This document shows, in pieces, positions 8,078-16,324 of a DNA stretch of 32,712 nt. Within the stretch, counting starts at the first letter, position 1; each line of letters begins with the position of its first letter. This stretch comes from a virus (taxonomy: Duplodnaviria; Caudoviricetes). Location: positions 1-32,712 of IMG/VR virus record IMGVR_UViG_3300044845_000540; one strand, written 5' to 3'. The position numbers and the translations under genes are program-made. The notes under the pieces were generated by a model. That model did no database searches. It was not told the origin of the DNA and worked only from the letters and a program-made list of their open reading frames with translations.

Positions 8078-8643
8078 GGTATACGGTTAATGATGTTACG
8101 TGAGTAAGTGGGGCGAAAGCTAGTTGCTGTATTGCCTGAACTAAACTGATAGTTCAACGTATTAGTGACATCTGTACGTGGAGAGCGGTCAGGCCACTGC
8201 GCTGTGCTATATTCAGGGAATAAACTATTGTTAGCACATAAGTAATCTACTAACAAAGTAGTGTAATGCTCAGCGTTTTGACGTGCTCTGTCAATCATGT
8301 CCTTCATAACTGAATCAGAGACGGGAGAAGTGTCTTCGCTTTGACGTTGAACTAGTGTGCCGTTGTCCATACGATAGCACAAATTAGGTGTAACATCCAC
8401 CATAACCCACCAAAGCAGCATTTTTTGGATATAATCTTCAAGCAGTATTTCATAATTGCCTGTAACAGTACCTGCAGCAACGTCTGCTTTTATCTTATTC
8501 AACAGATCTGTGCCTAAAAACGGAAGCAACCATTTGTCTTGTGCTAAATAAATGGATGGGTACAATAAATTTGGATCTACACTGCCGTTGATGGTTGTGT
8601 ATTTTTTAATGTAGTTCTCTGAAATAAGTAGTACTTCTGGCAT
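8074..8643 (-). CDS. Putative head-tail connector/adaptor
   Basis: NGSVDP...AQD..L...LGTDL...Y..LL.DYI...L.DYLC.N..LFPEY pattern recalled from genes following Bacteroidota phage portals. Confidence 0.65.
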   Translation of the reverse strand: MPEVLLISENYIKKYTTINGSVDPNLLYPSIYLAQDKWLLPFLGTDLLNKIKADVAAGTVTGNYEILLEDYIQKMLLWWVMVDVTPNLCYRMDNGTLVQRQSEDTSPVSDSVMKDMIDRARQNAEHYTTLLVDYLCANNSLFPEYSTAQWPDRSPRTDVTNTLNYQFSSGNTATSFRPTYSRNIINRIP

Positions 8644-8651
8644 AGTTGTAT

Positions 8652-10772
8652 TTATTGATTACCGTAAATAGGATTTGTTGGAAGGAAGCCGTTGTTGTCC
8701 ATGTCTTGTGGCACTTGAGCTACTTTTTTATCATTGCGTATTTTGTAACCCATTCTTTCTGCCATAGCAACAGCTATTCTTTTTGCATCTGGATCGTTAG
8801 GATTGATCTTTGCTCCTTTTGCATCTACATATACGCGCTTCTCCCAAAAATGTTGGCAATTACCTCCTCCTTTATAGAACCAAATGTCATAAGTGTCATT
8901 TCCATTTGGTCCCCAACCCGGATTAACAGCTATAAACTCCATCGCTTGTATGTCTTCCATTCTATACAGTTTATCTGCTTGAATCATTTTCTTACAGAAT
9001 GGACGCATATTAGTATGCCTAAAATCACCTGCGTAAACGTAACGAGTAATAAAGTACTTGCCATCAATAATAGCATCTTGATCACTCTTAGCAGATGGCC
9101 TAGCGGAACCCGTACTAACCGCAAACTCATGTTCAATATCTACTTTATATGCATCTATCAAAATCATATTCTCATCAGCATCTTCGCCTAATTCAATAAG
9201 TGCTTCAGCTACGTGTAAGTCTTCTAAGTCTTCCTTTTTTATTCTTTCTACAATTCTACTTGCCCATGCTTGACCAGGATCTCCACCCCATAATTGCCAA
9301 GCTACTCTTCCAGCTGTTGGAAAACCTTCCTCATCTCTATTCCAACCAGTCGCTTGTTTATCTACTTCATGACGTGAAAAGTAACTGTGCATTCTTTTAA
9401 CTGTATCTAAAGAAAGATTACGTTTATTGCTAATGTCTCTTGCTCTAGCAACACCAACCATTGTTCCTCCTCTTCCATATTCTTCGCGCCATTTTAAACC
9501 TAACTCAGCTTCAGCGGCCATTTCATCAGTTGGTGCATAACTGTCTTCAGCTGCAACTACTTTTTTTTTTTCAAAAGCCATCAATGTAGCCTCAACTATT
9601 GAACTAACTTGAGCTTCATTTAAAGAAGCAGGTGCAGTAACATTACCTATTGCATTCGCATTGGTTTGTACTGCAACCTGTTCTGTAATTAAAGGAGTAT
9701 TAGGTACGATTTCTAATGTTACACCAGGCATTTGATTGCTCAAAAGATCTTGAATACTTTTATTGATCTTTGCTTGATATGGCTCAACTACTTGTTTATT
9801 GAATATCTCCAAACCAATTACCATTTCATCTTTGTTGCTACCAAAACCGGTGCCAGTATCACGTATACCAAATAGAAGTGGAGTAGTAACACGATGTGCT
9901 GTAATAATTTTTTGAGTAGCAGTATTGTCCATCAATTCATACTGCTTGTCTGCATCATTAACTGGAAATGGTGTGACTTCTGTTTTAGGTTGATCACGTT
10001 CATTGAAGAACATAACTACCTTACCAGCATTCCTAGCACCACTCATCTTATTTTCCCAATCCATCATCATCTGCTGCTTCTGTTCAGGTGTTGCCTGCCC
10101 ATTATAGAAGTTAATGATAGTCGAAGGGAAAAGTCCGTTTGATATTTGGTTGATATGGAATATCGATATCTGTTTATCTAGTTCAATATAGTTAATAGCA
10201 CTCCAATAATCAGGACGTGGGTAAACATCGCTACCAGTGTAAGTGAAGCACCAATAGATTTGTCTTGGCTCTTCAGTTCGAGTAAGGTAGTTGTATTTAG
10301 GAATAAATTCAGGAGTGTTCTTTTTCTTACGGATATTTGTCCAATCATAACTGTGAAAGATACCTATCTCGCTTTCGTCATCCTGATTGATTGCAATACG
10401 GCACTCTTCAAATGGTATAGCATTTAACTTTGATATAACAGTTCTATCGTTGCTCCAAATGACCTCTATAAAAAATCCCCCAAACAACTTTAAATCATTT
10501 GCGCAGGCGTAAGTGAGTGTATTTACATCTAGAGCATCAAGTTCTGCCTGATATTGCTCGGATTTAATCCCTTTCCCTGCAATCATATCACCAATGGCAA
10601 CAACTAATGAACCGTGAACAGGTGATTCATGCGCTAGATCACGTAAGTATTGTGGGAAATCATTTTGATCTCCATAATTTACCCAACCTTTCCTGTCTAC
10701 TTTTTCTGCATCGCTCTTAGCTACATATTCGCTAAGTTTCAAAGAAACTATGTTTGATTCGTTATGGTTCAT
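8652..10772 (-). CDS. Portal protein with two fused C-terminal domains
   Basis: First ~400 aa portal-like (YGDQNDFPQYL, ESPVH, YPRPDY, SGARNAGK, AHRVTTPLLFGI); then an RMHSYFSRH..AWQLWGGD domain and an RPFC..YKGGGNCQHFW domain. Confidence 0.85.
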   Translation of the reverse strand: MNHNESNIVSLKLSEYVAKSDAEKVDRKGWVNYGDQNDFPQYLRDLAHESPVHGSLVVAIGDMIAGKGIKSEQYQAELDALDVNTLTYACANDLKLFGGFFIEVIWSNDRTVISKLNAIPFEECRIAINQDDESEIGIFHSYDWTNIRKKKNTPEFIPKYNYLTRTEEPRQIYWCFTYTGSDVYPRPDYWSAINYIELDKQISIFHINQISNGLFPSTIINFYNGQATPEQKQQMMMDWENKMSGARNAGKVVMFFNERDQPKTEVTPFPVNDADKQYELMDNTATQKIITAHRVTTPLLFGIRDTGTGFGSNKDEMVIGLEIFNKQVVEPYQAKINKSIQDLLSNQMPGVTLEIVPNTPLITEQVAVQTNANAIGNVTAPASLNEAQVSSIVEATLMAFEKKKVVAAEDSYAPTDEMAAEAELGLKWREEYGRGGTMVGVARARDISNKRNLSLDTVKRMHSYFSRHEVDKQATGWNRDEEGFPTAGRVAWQLWGGDPGQAWASRIVERIKKEDLEDLHVAEALIELGEDADENMILIDAYKVDIEHEFAVSTGSARPSAKSDQDAIIDGKYFITRYVYAGDFRHTNMRPFCKKMIQADKLYRMEDIQAMEFIAVNPGWGPNGNDTYDIWFYKGGGNCQHFWEKRVYVDAKGAKINPNDPDAKRIAVAMAERMGYKIRNDKKVAQVPQDMDNNGFLPTNPIYGNQ

Positions 10773-11151
10773 AGATTATGTCATTTGGTATTGTAATAGA
10801 AGGCACATCAAAGAATTGTGTGTTTGCCGTTAATACAACATAGCCACGTTTCAGCAAACCTACTACACTTGCGTTTGTTGGATCGATATTTACAGTTGAA
10901 TTTTGACCGTATACATCATAACGATAACGACCTGCCAACGTTAATGAACTAGTTGTTACAGTCAATTCACTTATTCGCACATTCTCATTCACTATCTGTG
11001 CTACTTGTGCAAGCTTATCTCCTGTTGTACTATTTTCTTCGTGCGTCAAAATAAACAAGTAGTGAGTAAATGCTGTGGCAAAATACTGCCTTGTTTCATC
11101 TAATTGTAAGTAGATGGTTTGTGCAGGTGTATCGGATTGTAAATATATCAT
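10762..11151 (-). CDS. Putative virion structural protein
   Basis: Beta-rich, GRYRYDVYGQ...NIDP; lies between the tail tube and portal genes. Confidence 0.6.
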   Translation of the reverse strand: MIYLQSDTPAQTIYLQLDETRQYFATAFTHYLFILTHEENSTTGDKLAQVAQIVNENVRISELTVTTSSLTLAGRYRYDVYGQNSTVNIDPTNASVVGLLKRGYVVLTANTQFFDVPSITIPNDIIYEP

Positions 11152-11167
11152 AGTTTTGTTTTAATTT

Positions 11168-11200
11168 AAAAAAAGGGGCGGTAACTGGTACCACCCCCTT
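11168..11200 (-). terminator. Intrinsic terminator after the major tail gene
   Basis: Minus strand GGGGGTGGTA-CCAGT-TACCGCCCCT followed by a T-run. Confidence 0.8.
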
Positions 11201-11231
11201 CAATACACAATGATACAACAGAACACAAAAA

Positions 11232-11807
11232 TTATCCAGCTACAACATAAGGAGGATTAACTTCAATACCAGGGAAGTTATCAAATGGAAGTTCTCCAGG
11301 GCCAAACGCAACCAAGTGAACAGCTGGAGCAAGTTCTTCAGCTGTAACTGTTACTTGATAACCCATCAAATCAGCTTTTTGTGCACCTGTTTGAACAGTA
11401 CCAGCGCTAAGATCAGCTCCTCCACCAGCACCAATCATTAAGATTTGATCGTCATTAGTACGAACAAACACAACCATTTTTGCTTTTGCTAGATTCAAAA
11501 ATTCATTACGCAATACTTGTGTTAGTTTACCAAATGTCCAACTAACTTCTTGTGTAAAGAACAATGTTCCTGTTTCTAAACTCTTATTCACTGTTTCAAC
11601 ATATGAACCAGAATTGCGAAAAGGTTGATAACGCCAAACTGTTATAGGATCACCAACAGTTCCCGGTAATTCAGATATTGCGCCACCAGGTCCTCCGTAA
11701 ACTATACCAGAATCAAAATAGGTATAATTTGCTACGAATATCTCTTTTACCCCACCTATCCCTTCAAGGCAAGATAATTCAAATCCTCTAGTTAAATCAC
11801 AAGGCAT
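11232..11807 (-). CDS. Major tail (tube) protein
   Basis: MPCDLTRG..C..GIGGVKEIF, S.ETGTLFF.Q, GY.VT.TAEE pattern; follows the capsid gene. Confidence 0.7.
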   Translation of the reverse strand: MPCDLTRGFELSCLEGIGGVKEIFVANYTYFDSGIVYGGPGGAISELPGTVGDPITVWRYQPFRNSGSYVETVNKSLETGTLFFTQEVSWTFGKLTQVLRNEFLNLAKAKMVVFVRTNDDQILMIGAGGGADLSAGTVQTGAQKADLMGYQVTVTAEELAPAVHLVAFGPGELPFDNFPGIEVNPPYVVAG

Positions 11808-11821
11808 ATTTTTATAGTTTT

Positions 11822-11847
11822 AAAAAAGGGGGCTATTAACCCCCTTT
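11822..11847 (-). terminator. Intrinsic terminator after the major capsid gene
   Basis: AAAAGGGGG..CCCCCTTTT hairpin with A/T runs on both sides. Confidence 0.8.
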
Positions 11848-11857
11848 TGGTTAATGA

Positions 11858-12751
11858 TTATGCTCCCCAGTAGGTGATGTCTTCACCAACCGCAATCTGT
11901 GCTCCAAGGTAGAAACGTGCACCGTAACGAACGTTTTGTGAACCATCAAGATTCTGCATATCCAAAATGAAAACTTCGTTCATTTGGTTTTCCTGCCATG
12001 TTCCCATCCATAAGTTACTCTTTTGAGCAAATACGATGTTGTCAGCAGCCATACCTGGACATACATAGATTTCGTACATTCCAACGAAACGACGAGCAAC
12101 TTCAGGACCAGCAGTTAAATACCATCCGTTACCTGCGGCGATTTGTGCTTCCATGTACTTTTCCCATGCAGCCTGTCCCATGTATAAAGCTGGCTTTTCA
12201 GCAGCACCTTTAACAGCGGCAGGAGCAGTGTTAATGATGTCCCAAATAGTAGCAATGATGTTACCAGCAGTTATTGCGCCTGAACCGGCTGATACAGCAC
12301 CAGAACCAGCGGCCTTGATCAAAGTCAAGAAACCATCATATTGACCAACTGTTGCATTAACACCATTCCACATGATTGATTCATTTGCAGCAGCAATACC
12401 GCCTGTCATTCGCTCAATGATTGCGTCTTGGATTTGTGTGTTTACACGACCACTCATCACATCAGCTGCAGACCAATCAATAAACAATTCTCTCTTACAA
12501 ATTTCGCGCTGTACTTGGAACTCTTCCAAAGTCAAAACGCGTTCAGTCAAAGTGATTGTGCCTGTTGGCGTGAAATCACATGTGCCTGCGGCAAATGATA
12601 CAGTGTCATCAATTTTGCGTGCCACTGATTTGTAAGGCACGTTTGGCTTCATTGTAACGTAGTTAGTTGATACGTTAGATAGCAGAGCCTTTGCTACAAT
12701 TTCACCAGCCAGCTCTCCGGCGTAGGTGGTGGTTAATACTGGATTTGGCAT
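11858..12751 (-). CDS. Major capsid protein
   Basis: TTYAGELAG..AKALLS, CDFTPTGTITLTER and DGSQNVR motifs of Bacteroidota phage capsids; follows the scaffold and precedes a strong terminator. Confidence 0.82.
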   Translation of the reverse strand: MPNPVLTTTYAGELAGEIVAKALLSNVSTNYVTMKPNVPYKSVARKIDDTVSFAAGTCDFTPTGTITLTERVLTLEEFQVQREICKRELFIDWSAADVMSGRVNTQIQDAIIERMTGGIAAANESIMWNGVNATVGQYDGFLTLIKAAGSGAVSAGSGAITAGNIIATIWDIINTAPAAVKGAAEKPALYMGQAAWEKYMEAQIAAGNGWYLTAGPEVARRFVGMYEIYVCPGMAADNIVFAQKSNLWMGTWQENQMNEVFILDMQNLDGSQNVRYGARFYLGAQIAVGEDITYWGA

Positions 12752-12775
12752 ATTACTTTATTTTTTATTCTTTAA

Positions 12776-13369
12776 TTAGTTACTTTGTTTAGCACGCAGA
12801 TTTGCCATGAAGTCGCTGAATGAGTTACCATTCGAAGCAACTACAGGTGCTGCGTTTTTCTTAAATTCTTGAGACTTAACAGAAGGTACAGCCGGTGCTT
12901 TCTTAACTGAAGCAAGTTCAGTCTTCAATGCTTCCGCATCCTTCTTAGCAGTTTCTACTGCCGCGGATAATTGAGTCTTTTCAGTCTCTAGTGCAGCAAT
13001 GCGCTCTGACAATGAACCAATAACAGCAACGAGATCTTCGCTGCTCATTTCAGTTGATTGTTCTTCGCGTTCGATTTCGGTGATGGTACCTTCTTCGCCT
13101 ACATAGACTTTGGTAACACCATCTTCTAGCATGTATTCACCGGCAGGCACTGGCACTGGATTGCCTTCAGCGTCTTGAGTGTAGATGTCTACACCAACAA
13201 CCCACTCATCAGCTGTTGAGTAGATCTTAGTACCATCAGCCAAAGTGCCCTCAACTGCAAACTTTACTTCTGTTGCTGTTGCTTCCTCTTCGAACTTGAT
13301 ACCAACTGTTGAAGGATCAATGCCGTACTTATTGAATACGGATTTGATTTGTTCTTTTATATTCGACAT
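12776..13369 (-). CDS. Scaffold/head assembly protein
   Basis: Acidic; LADGT and PAGEYMLEDG motifs; C-terminal coiled coil; directly upstream of the capsid gene. Confidence 0.7.
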   Translation of the reverse strand: MSNIKEQIKSVFNKYGIDPSTVGIKFEEEATATEVKFAVEGTLADGTKIYSTADEWVVGVDIYTQDAEGNPVPVPAGEYMLEDGVTKVYVGEEGTITEIEREEQSTEMSSEDLVAVIGSLSERIAALETEKTQLSAAVETAKKDAEALKTELASVKKAPAVPSVKSQEFKKNAAPVVASNGNSFSDFMANLRAKQSN

Positions 13370-13432
13370 TTTTGGATATTTAGATAGATATAGACAATTT
13401 CAAAGTTTGTTTCATATAAAATATCATAAAAG

Positions 13433-13458
13433 AAAAAAGAGTCACCCGTTGGCAACTC
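13433..13458 (-). terminator. Intrinsic terminator
   Basis: Minus strand GAGTTGCC-AACG-GGTGACTC-TTTTTT. Confidence 0.75.
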
Positions 13459-13505
13459 CTTTTCATTGTTTAAAACCTAAAACCAATTTACACACTAAAC
13501 CAAGA
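13433..13505 (-). ncRNA. Candidate ~70-nt GU-rich small RNA
   Basis: Bracketed by TAAATTTG (13518-13511) and a terminator; no ORF; contains the reverse complement of the early leader motif TAAAACCAAT. Confidence 0.4.
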
Positions 13506-13525
13506 TGACGCAAATTTATATAAAA

Positions 13526-14116
13526 TCATTTTTTGAAATCAGCAAGTATTTGGTCTAATTCAAAAACCAATTCTGCTTCGTAGTTCTTTACACCACTCAT
13601 AGCTACACCTACTTCGTTAAAGAAACCCTCAATACTATAACCTTTTACCTTACCTTCTTTAACATCATTCCACACGTGATCTTCATCAACCTTTGTTCCT
13701 ATAAACCATGTACCATCAGGCAGTTCAGGTAATCCAAGTTCTATACTTTTATCATTCTTGCCTTCCTTTAACCATGATTCTACAACTGTCACACCAGTTA
13801 CAGGTATCTCATGCTGTAGATTAGTGGTGTGTTGCAGATTCTTTTTGAAGAATTGATGCGCTATTGCTTGTACTGTTGCCTTTTCAAAGTACACGTAGTA
13901 CGGTTCGCCTTTTTCATCATAACGCAGTATCTCCTTATCAGGTATAAGTGCTGGACCATACAACATTCTACGTTCATCATCAACTTTAGCCAATTGCATT
14001 TTGCTTAACGCAATCCAGTTCTCTTCTATTGCGGGCATATCTACTAGCCCCATTGCCGTAATACCTAAACGACCTTCTTCGTCGATTACACACTTAACTA
14101 CTTTTCTTTTTTCCAT
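13526..14116 (-). CDS. XkdF-like putative prohead protease
   Basis: LVDMPAIE, RMLYGPALIPD, NLQH, VESW, GTWF and KGYSIEG motifs. Confidence 0.8.
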   Translation of the reverse strand: MEKRKVVKCVIDEEGRLGITAMGLVDMPAIEENWIALSKMQLAKVDDERRMLYGPALIPDKEILRYDEKGEPYYVYFEKATVQAIAHQFFKKNLQHTTNLQHEIPVTGVTVVESWLKEGKNDKSIELGLPELPDGTWFIGTKVDEDHVWNDVKEGKVKGYSIEGFFNEVGVAMSGVKNYEAELVFELDQILADFKK

Positions 14117-14135
14117 ATTACAAATTTATATTTAT

Positions 14136-16151
14136 TTATCCTATGCGAGCTAAGTCTTCTACATTCTCGCGTACTTCTTGCTGACTTGATACATCACCAG
14201 CTAAAACATATGCTCTAGGCAAGTATTGATCAGGGCGGTTTGCGACAAATTGTGCAGCGAATGGATTAAATGTTGCTGGTTGTGATCCTGAACTACCTCC
14301 ACCACCCCCATCGCCTGGTAATGAAGGTATTGTTTCACTTGGAGGCGTAGTGGTACCTTGAAACTGTTGTGATGCAATGGTAGCTACGTTGGCCAAACCA
14401 GTCGCTATCGCTATACCAGCCGTAATAAATGGTTGCGCTGGAAATAACACGGTTGATGGATTAGCTGCTGCACTCGCGAAAATTGCATTAGCACCTTTAT
14501 AGGTATCTACAGTAGCTTGCGCTATACTAATTGCCTTTTGTATTTGAAAAGCTCTTTTAGCTCTTTTTTCATCACCTTTAGCAAAAGCAGCCGTGAGATT
14601 TCCTATTGTAGTAAGTGCATCTAACGCTAATCCTAGTTTAGCATCTTTTGTTTCTTGCTCTATAGCTAATATCTTTCTTTGCTTTTCTTTTTCAATTGCT
14701 TCAAGCATTACAGCATCATTAGCATAAAGCTTTTCCTTTTCTGCATATTCAGCATTTAATGCCGCTATACGGTTAGCGGAATCACCAATAGAATTTTCAA
14801 AAAATAATCTACCTAATTCTACAAGTCTAGTGTTTTCAGCTTCTTTAATACTTATTGCATTCGTTGCTAAGTTTTGATCTAATTGTTGTTTAGCTTCATT
14901 GTATGCTATTTCCGCATCTAATCTTGCTTGTGTGCCTTCATTATATTTTAAGATCTCAAGTTGCAGACGTTCAAGTTGTATTTTTTTTTCCTCTTCTAAA
15001 ACATTACGCTGTGCATTTAATCTTTCTAGATCATTTTTTATGCTATCAGCAACAAATTTCTGTTCATTGATAGCTAAATCAGCAGCACTCTGTTGCTGAA
15101 CTTTATACAATTCATTAAGTTCCTTATTTAAGGCTATTTCATTAACTAACTGCTCTGACTTAATACCAGCAATTTTGGCTCTTACACCATCTACTCCAGC
15201 TAAAGCTTGCGTTAATGCTACCTGGTTGTCAATTGTTTTATTGTGTTCAAATGTTGCTTGAGCAGCCGCCACTTGCGCTTGAGCAGACGCTAATTCAGCC
15301 TGTTCTTGTTTGGCTAATACTTCTCCTAAAGCAGTGTTTGCAGCAATCCTATCTTGAATGCTTTTGCTTTCGTCATCACGTGTTTGCCTTAATAATTCTG
15401 CTTGACGATCATACTGCTCTGCTAAACGTGCCTGCTCAGCAGCTGCTAATTTCGCGTTATTCTGTAATTGAACTAAAGCTTCGTTCGCGTTATATGTTTC
15501 AGTGACATAATTTGCAAATGCTTCTGCACCAGCCACGACAGCTTCACTTACACGATCTACTGAATCATTTACCCCAGTCAATACATCAACGGATTCTTTA
15601 CCAGCGTCTTTAAATGATTGAATAGCGGCTTGAAATTCACCAGTGAAAAGATTTTTTAATCCATCAGCTAGAAAACCAAGTGTATCTATAAATGAATTGA
15701 AGCGCTCAATAAGATTGTCTACTATTGCATTACCAAAATCTTTTATCGCTTGTACTGGATCATTAAAAATAGCTTTGAAATAATTTACAACAGTGCCAGC
15801 GTTATCACTTATATAAGTGAAAGCATCACGAATAATATCAGTAAATGTTCCAAAAGCAGCAGCAAATGCATCAGCAATAGGCTGTGTTGAAGATATAACA
15901 GACTTGATAGTGTTAAACGCTGCACTAATTAAAGCGAGTACACCAGTAGCTTTGCCTAAACTAGCTAATGCACTGCCCGCTTTTTTAAATCCACTTTCGG
16001 CTTTTTTTGAGTTATCAGCTATCTTTTCAGTATTGACAGCTCCTTGAGTTAAATTAGCGTTTAATGCTTCTAATTGTCTTGTGACAGCCTCTAAATTTTG
16101 ATTGGTTTTAGAGGTGTCAACAATAAATTCCCTTACAGTAGATTCAGCCAT
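14136..16151 (-). CDS. Tape measure protein
   Basis: 671-aa Ala/Glu/Gln-rich helical coiled coil with hydrophobic patches; C-terminal AYVLAGDVSSQQ. Confidence 0.8.
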   Translation of the reverse strand: MAESTVREFIVDTSKTNQNLEAVTRQLEALNANLTQGAVNTEKIADNSKKAESGFKKAGSALASLGKATGVLALISAAFNTIKSVISSTQPIADAFAAAFGTFTDIIRDAFTYISDNAGTVVNYFKAIFNDPVQAIKDFGNAIVDNLIERFNSFIDTLGFLADGLKNLFTGEFQAAIQSFKDAGKESVDVLTGVNDSVDRVSEAVVAGAEAFANYVTETYNANEALVQLQNNAKLAAAEQARLAEQYDRQAELLRQTRDDESKSIQDRIAANTALGEVLAKQEQAELASAQAQVAAAQATFEHNKTIDNQVALTQALAGVDGVRAKIAGIKSEQLVNEIALNKELNELYKVQQQSAADLAINEQKFVADSIKNDLERLNAQRNVLEEEKKIQLERLQLEILKYNEGTQARLDAEIAYNEAKQQLDQNLATNAISIKEAENTRLVELGRLFFENSIGDSANRIAALNAEYAEKEKLYANDAVMLEAIEKEKQRKILAIEQETKDAKLGLALDALTTIGNLTAAFAKGDEKRAKRAFQIQKAISIAQATVDTYKGANAIFASAAANPSTVLFPAQPFITAGIAIATGLANVATIASQQFQGTTTPPSETIPSLPGDGGGGGSSGSQPATFNPFAAQFVANRPDQYLPRAYVLAGDVSSQQEVRENVEDLARIG

Positions 16152-16324
16152 TAGTAGAAGAGTTTATAGATTAAAAAAATAACACTTAGTCCTAACAAGA
16201 TCCGCCACGTGTATAGTGTAACATACCATAGCACACGCTGCCACTTTTTAAGCGAATAATTATGCTTTTTGTTTACTGCTATACCTAGTTGAATGTAGCG
16301 CAGTGAGTTTTTGATTGAATCCAT
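16151..16324 (-). CDS. Small basic membrane protein (57 aa, MDSIKNSLRYIQLG...WRILLGLSVIFLIYKLFY)
   Basis: Translated by hand; TAATG overlaps at both ends. Confidence 0.65.
   Translation of the reverse strand: MDSIKNSLRYIQLGIAVNKKHNYSLKKWQRVLWYVTLYTWRILLGLSVIFLIYKLFY

Noticed and set aside
13505-13558. 17-codon plus-strand ORF after an A/C-rich leader-like tract
   Set aside because: Very short, antisense to the end of the protease gene and without a promoter; the minus-strand promoter-terminator unit explains the region better
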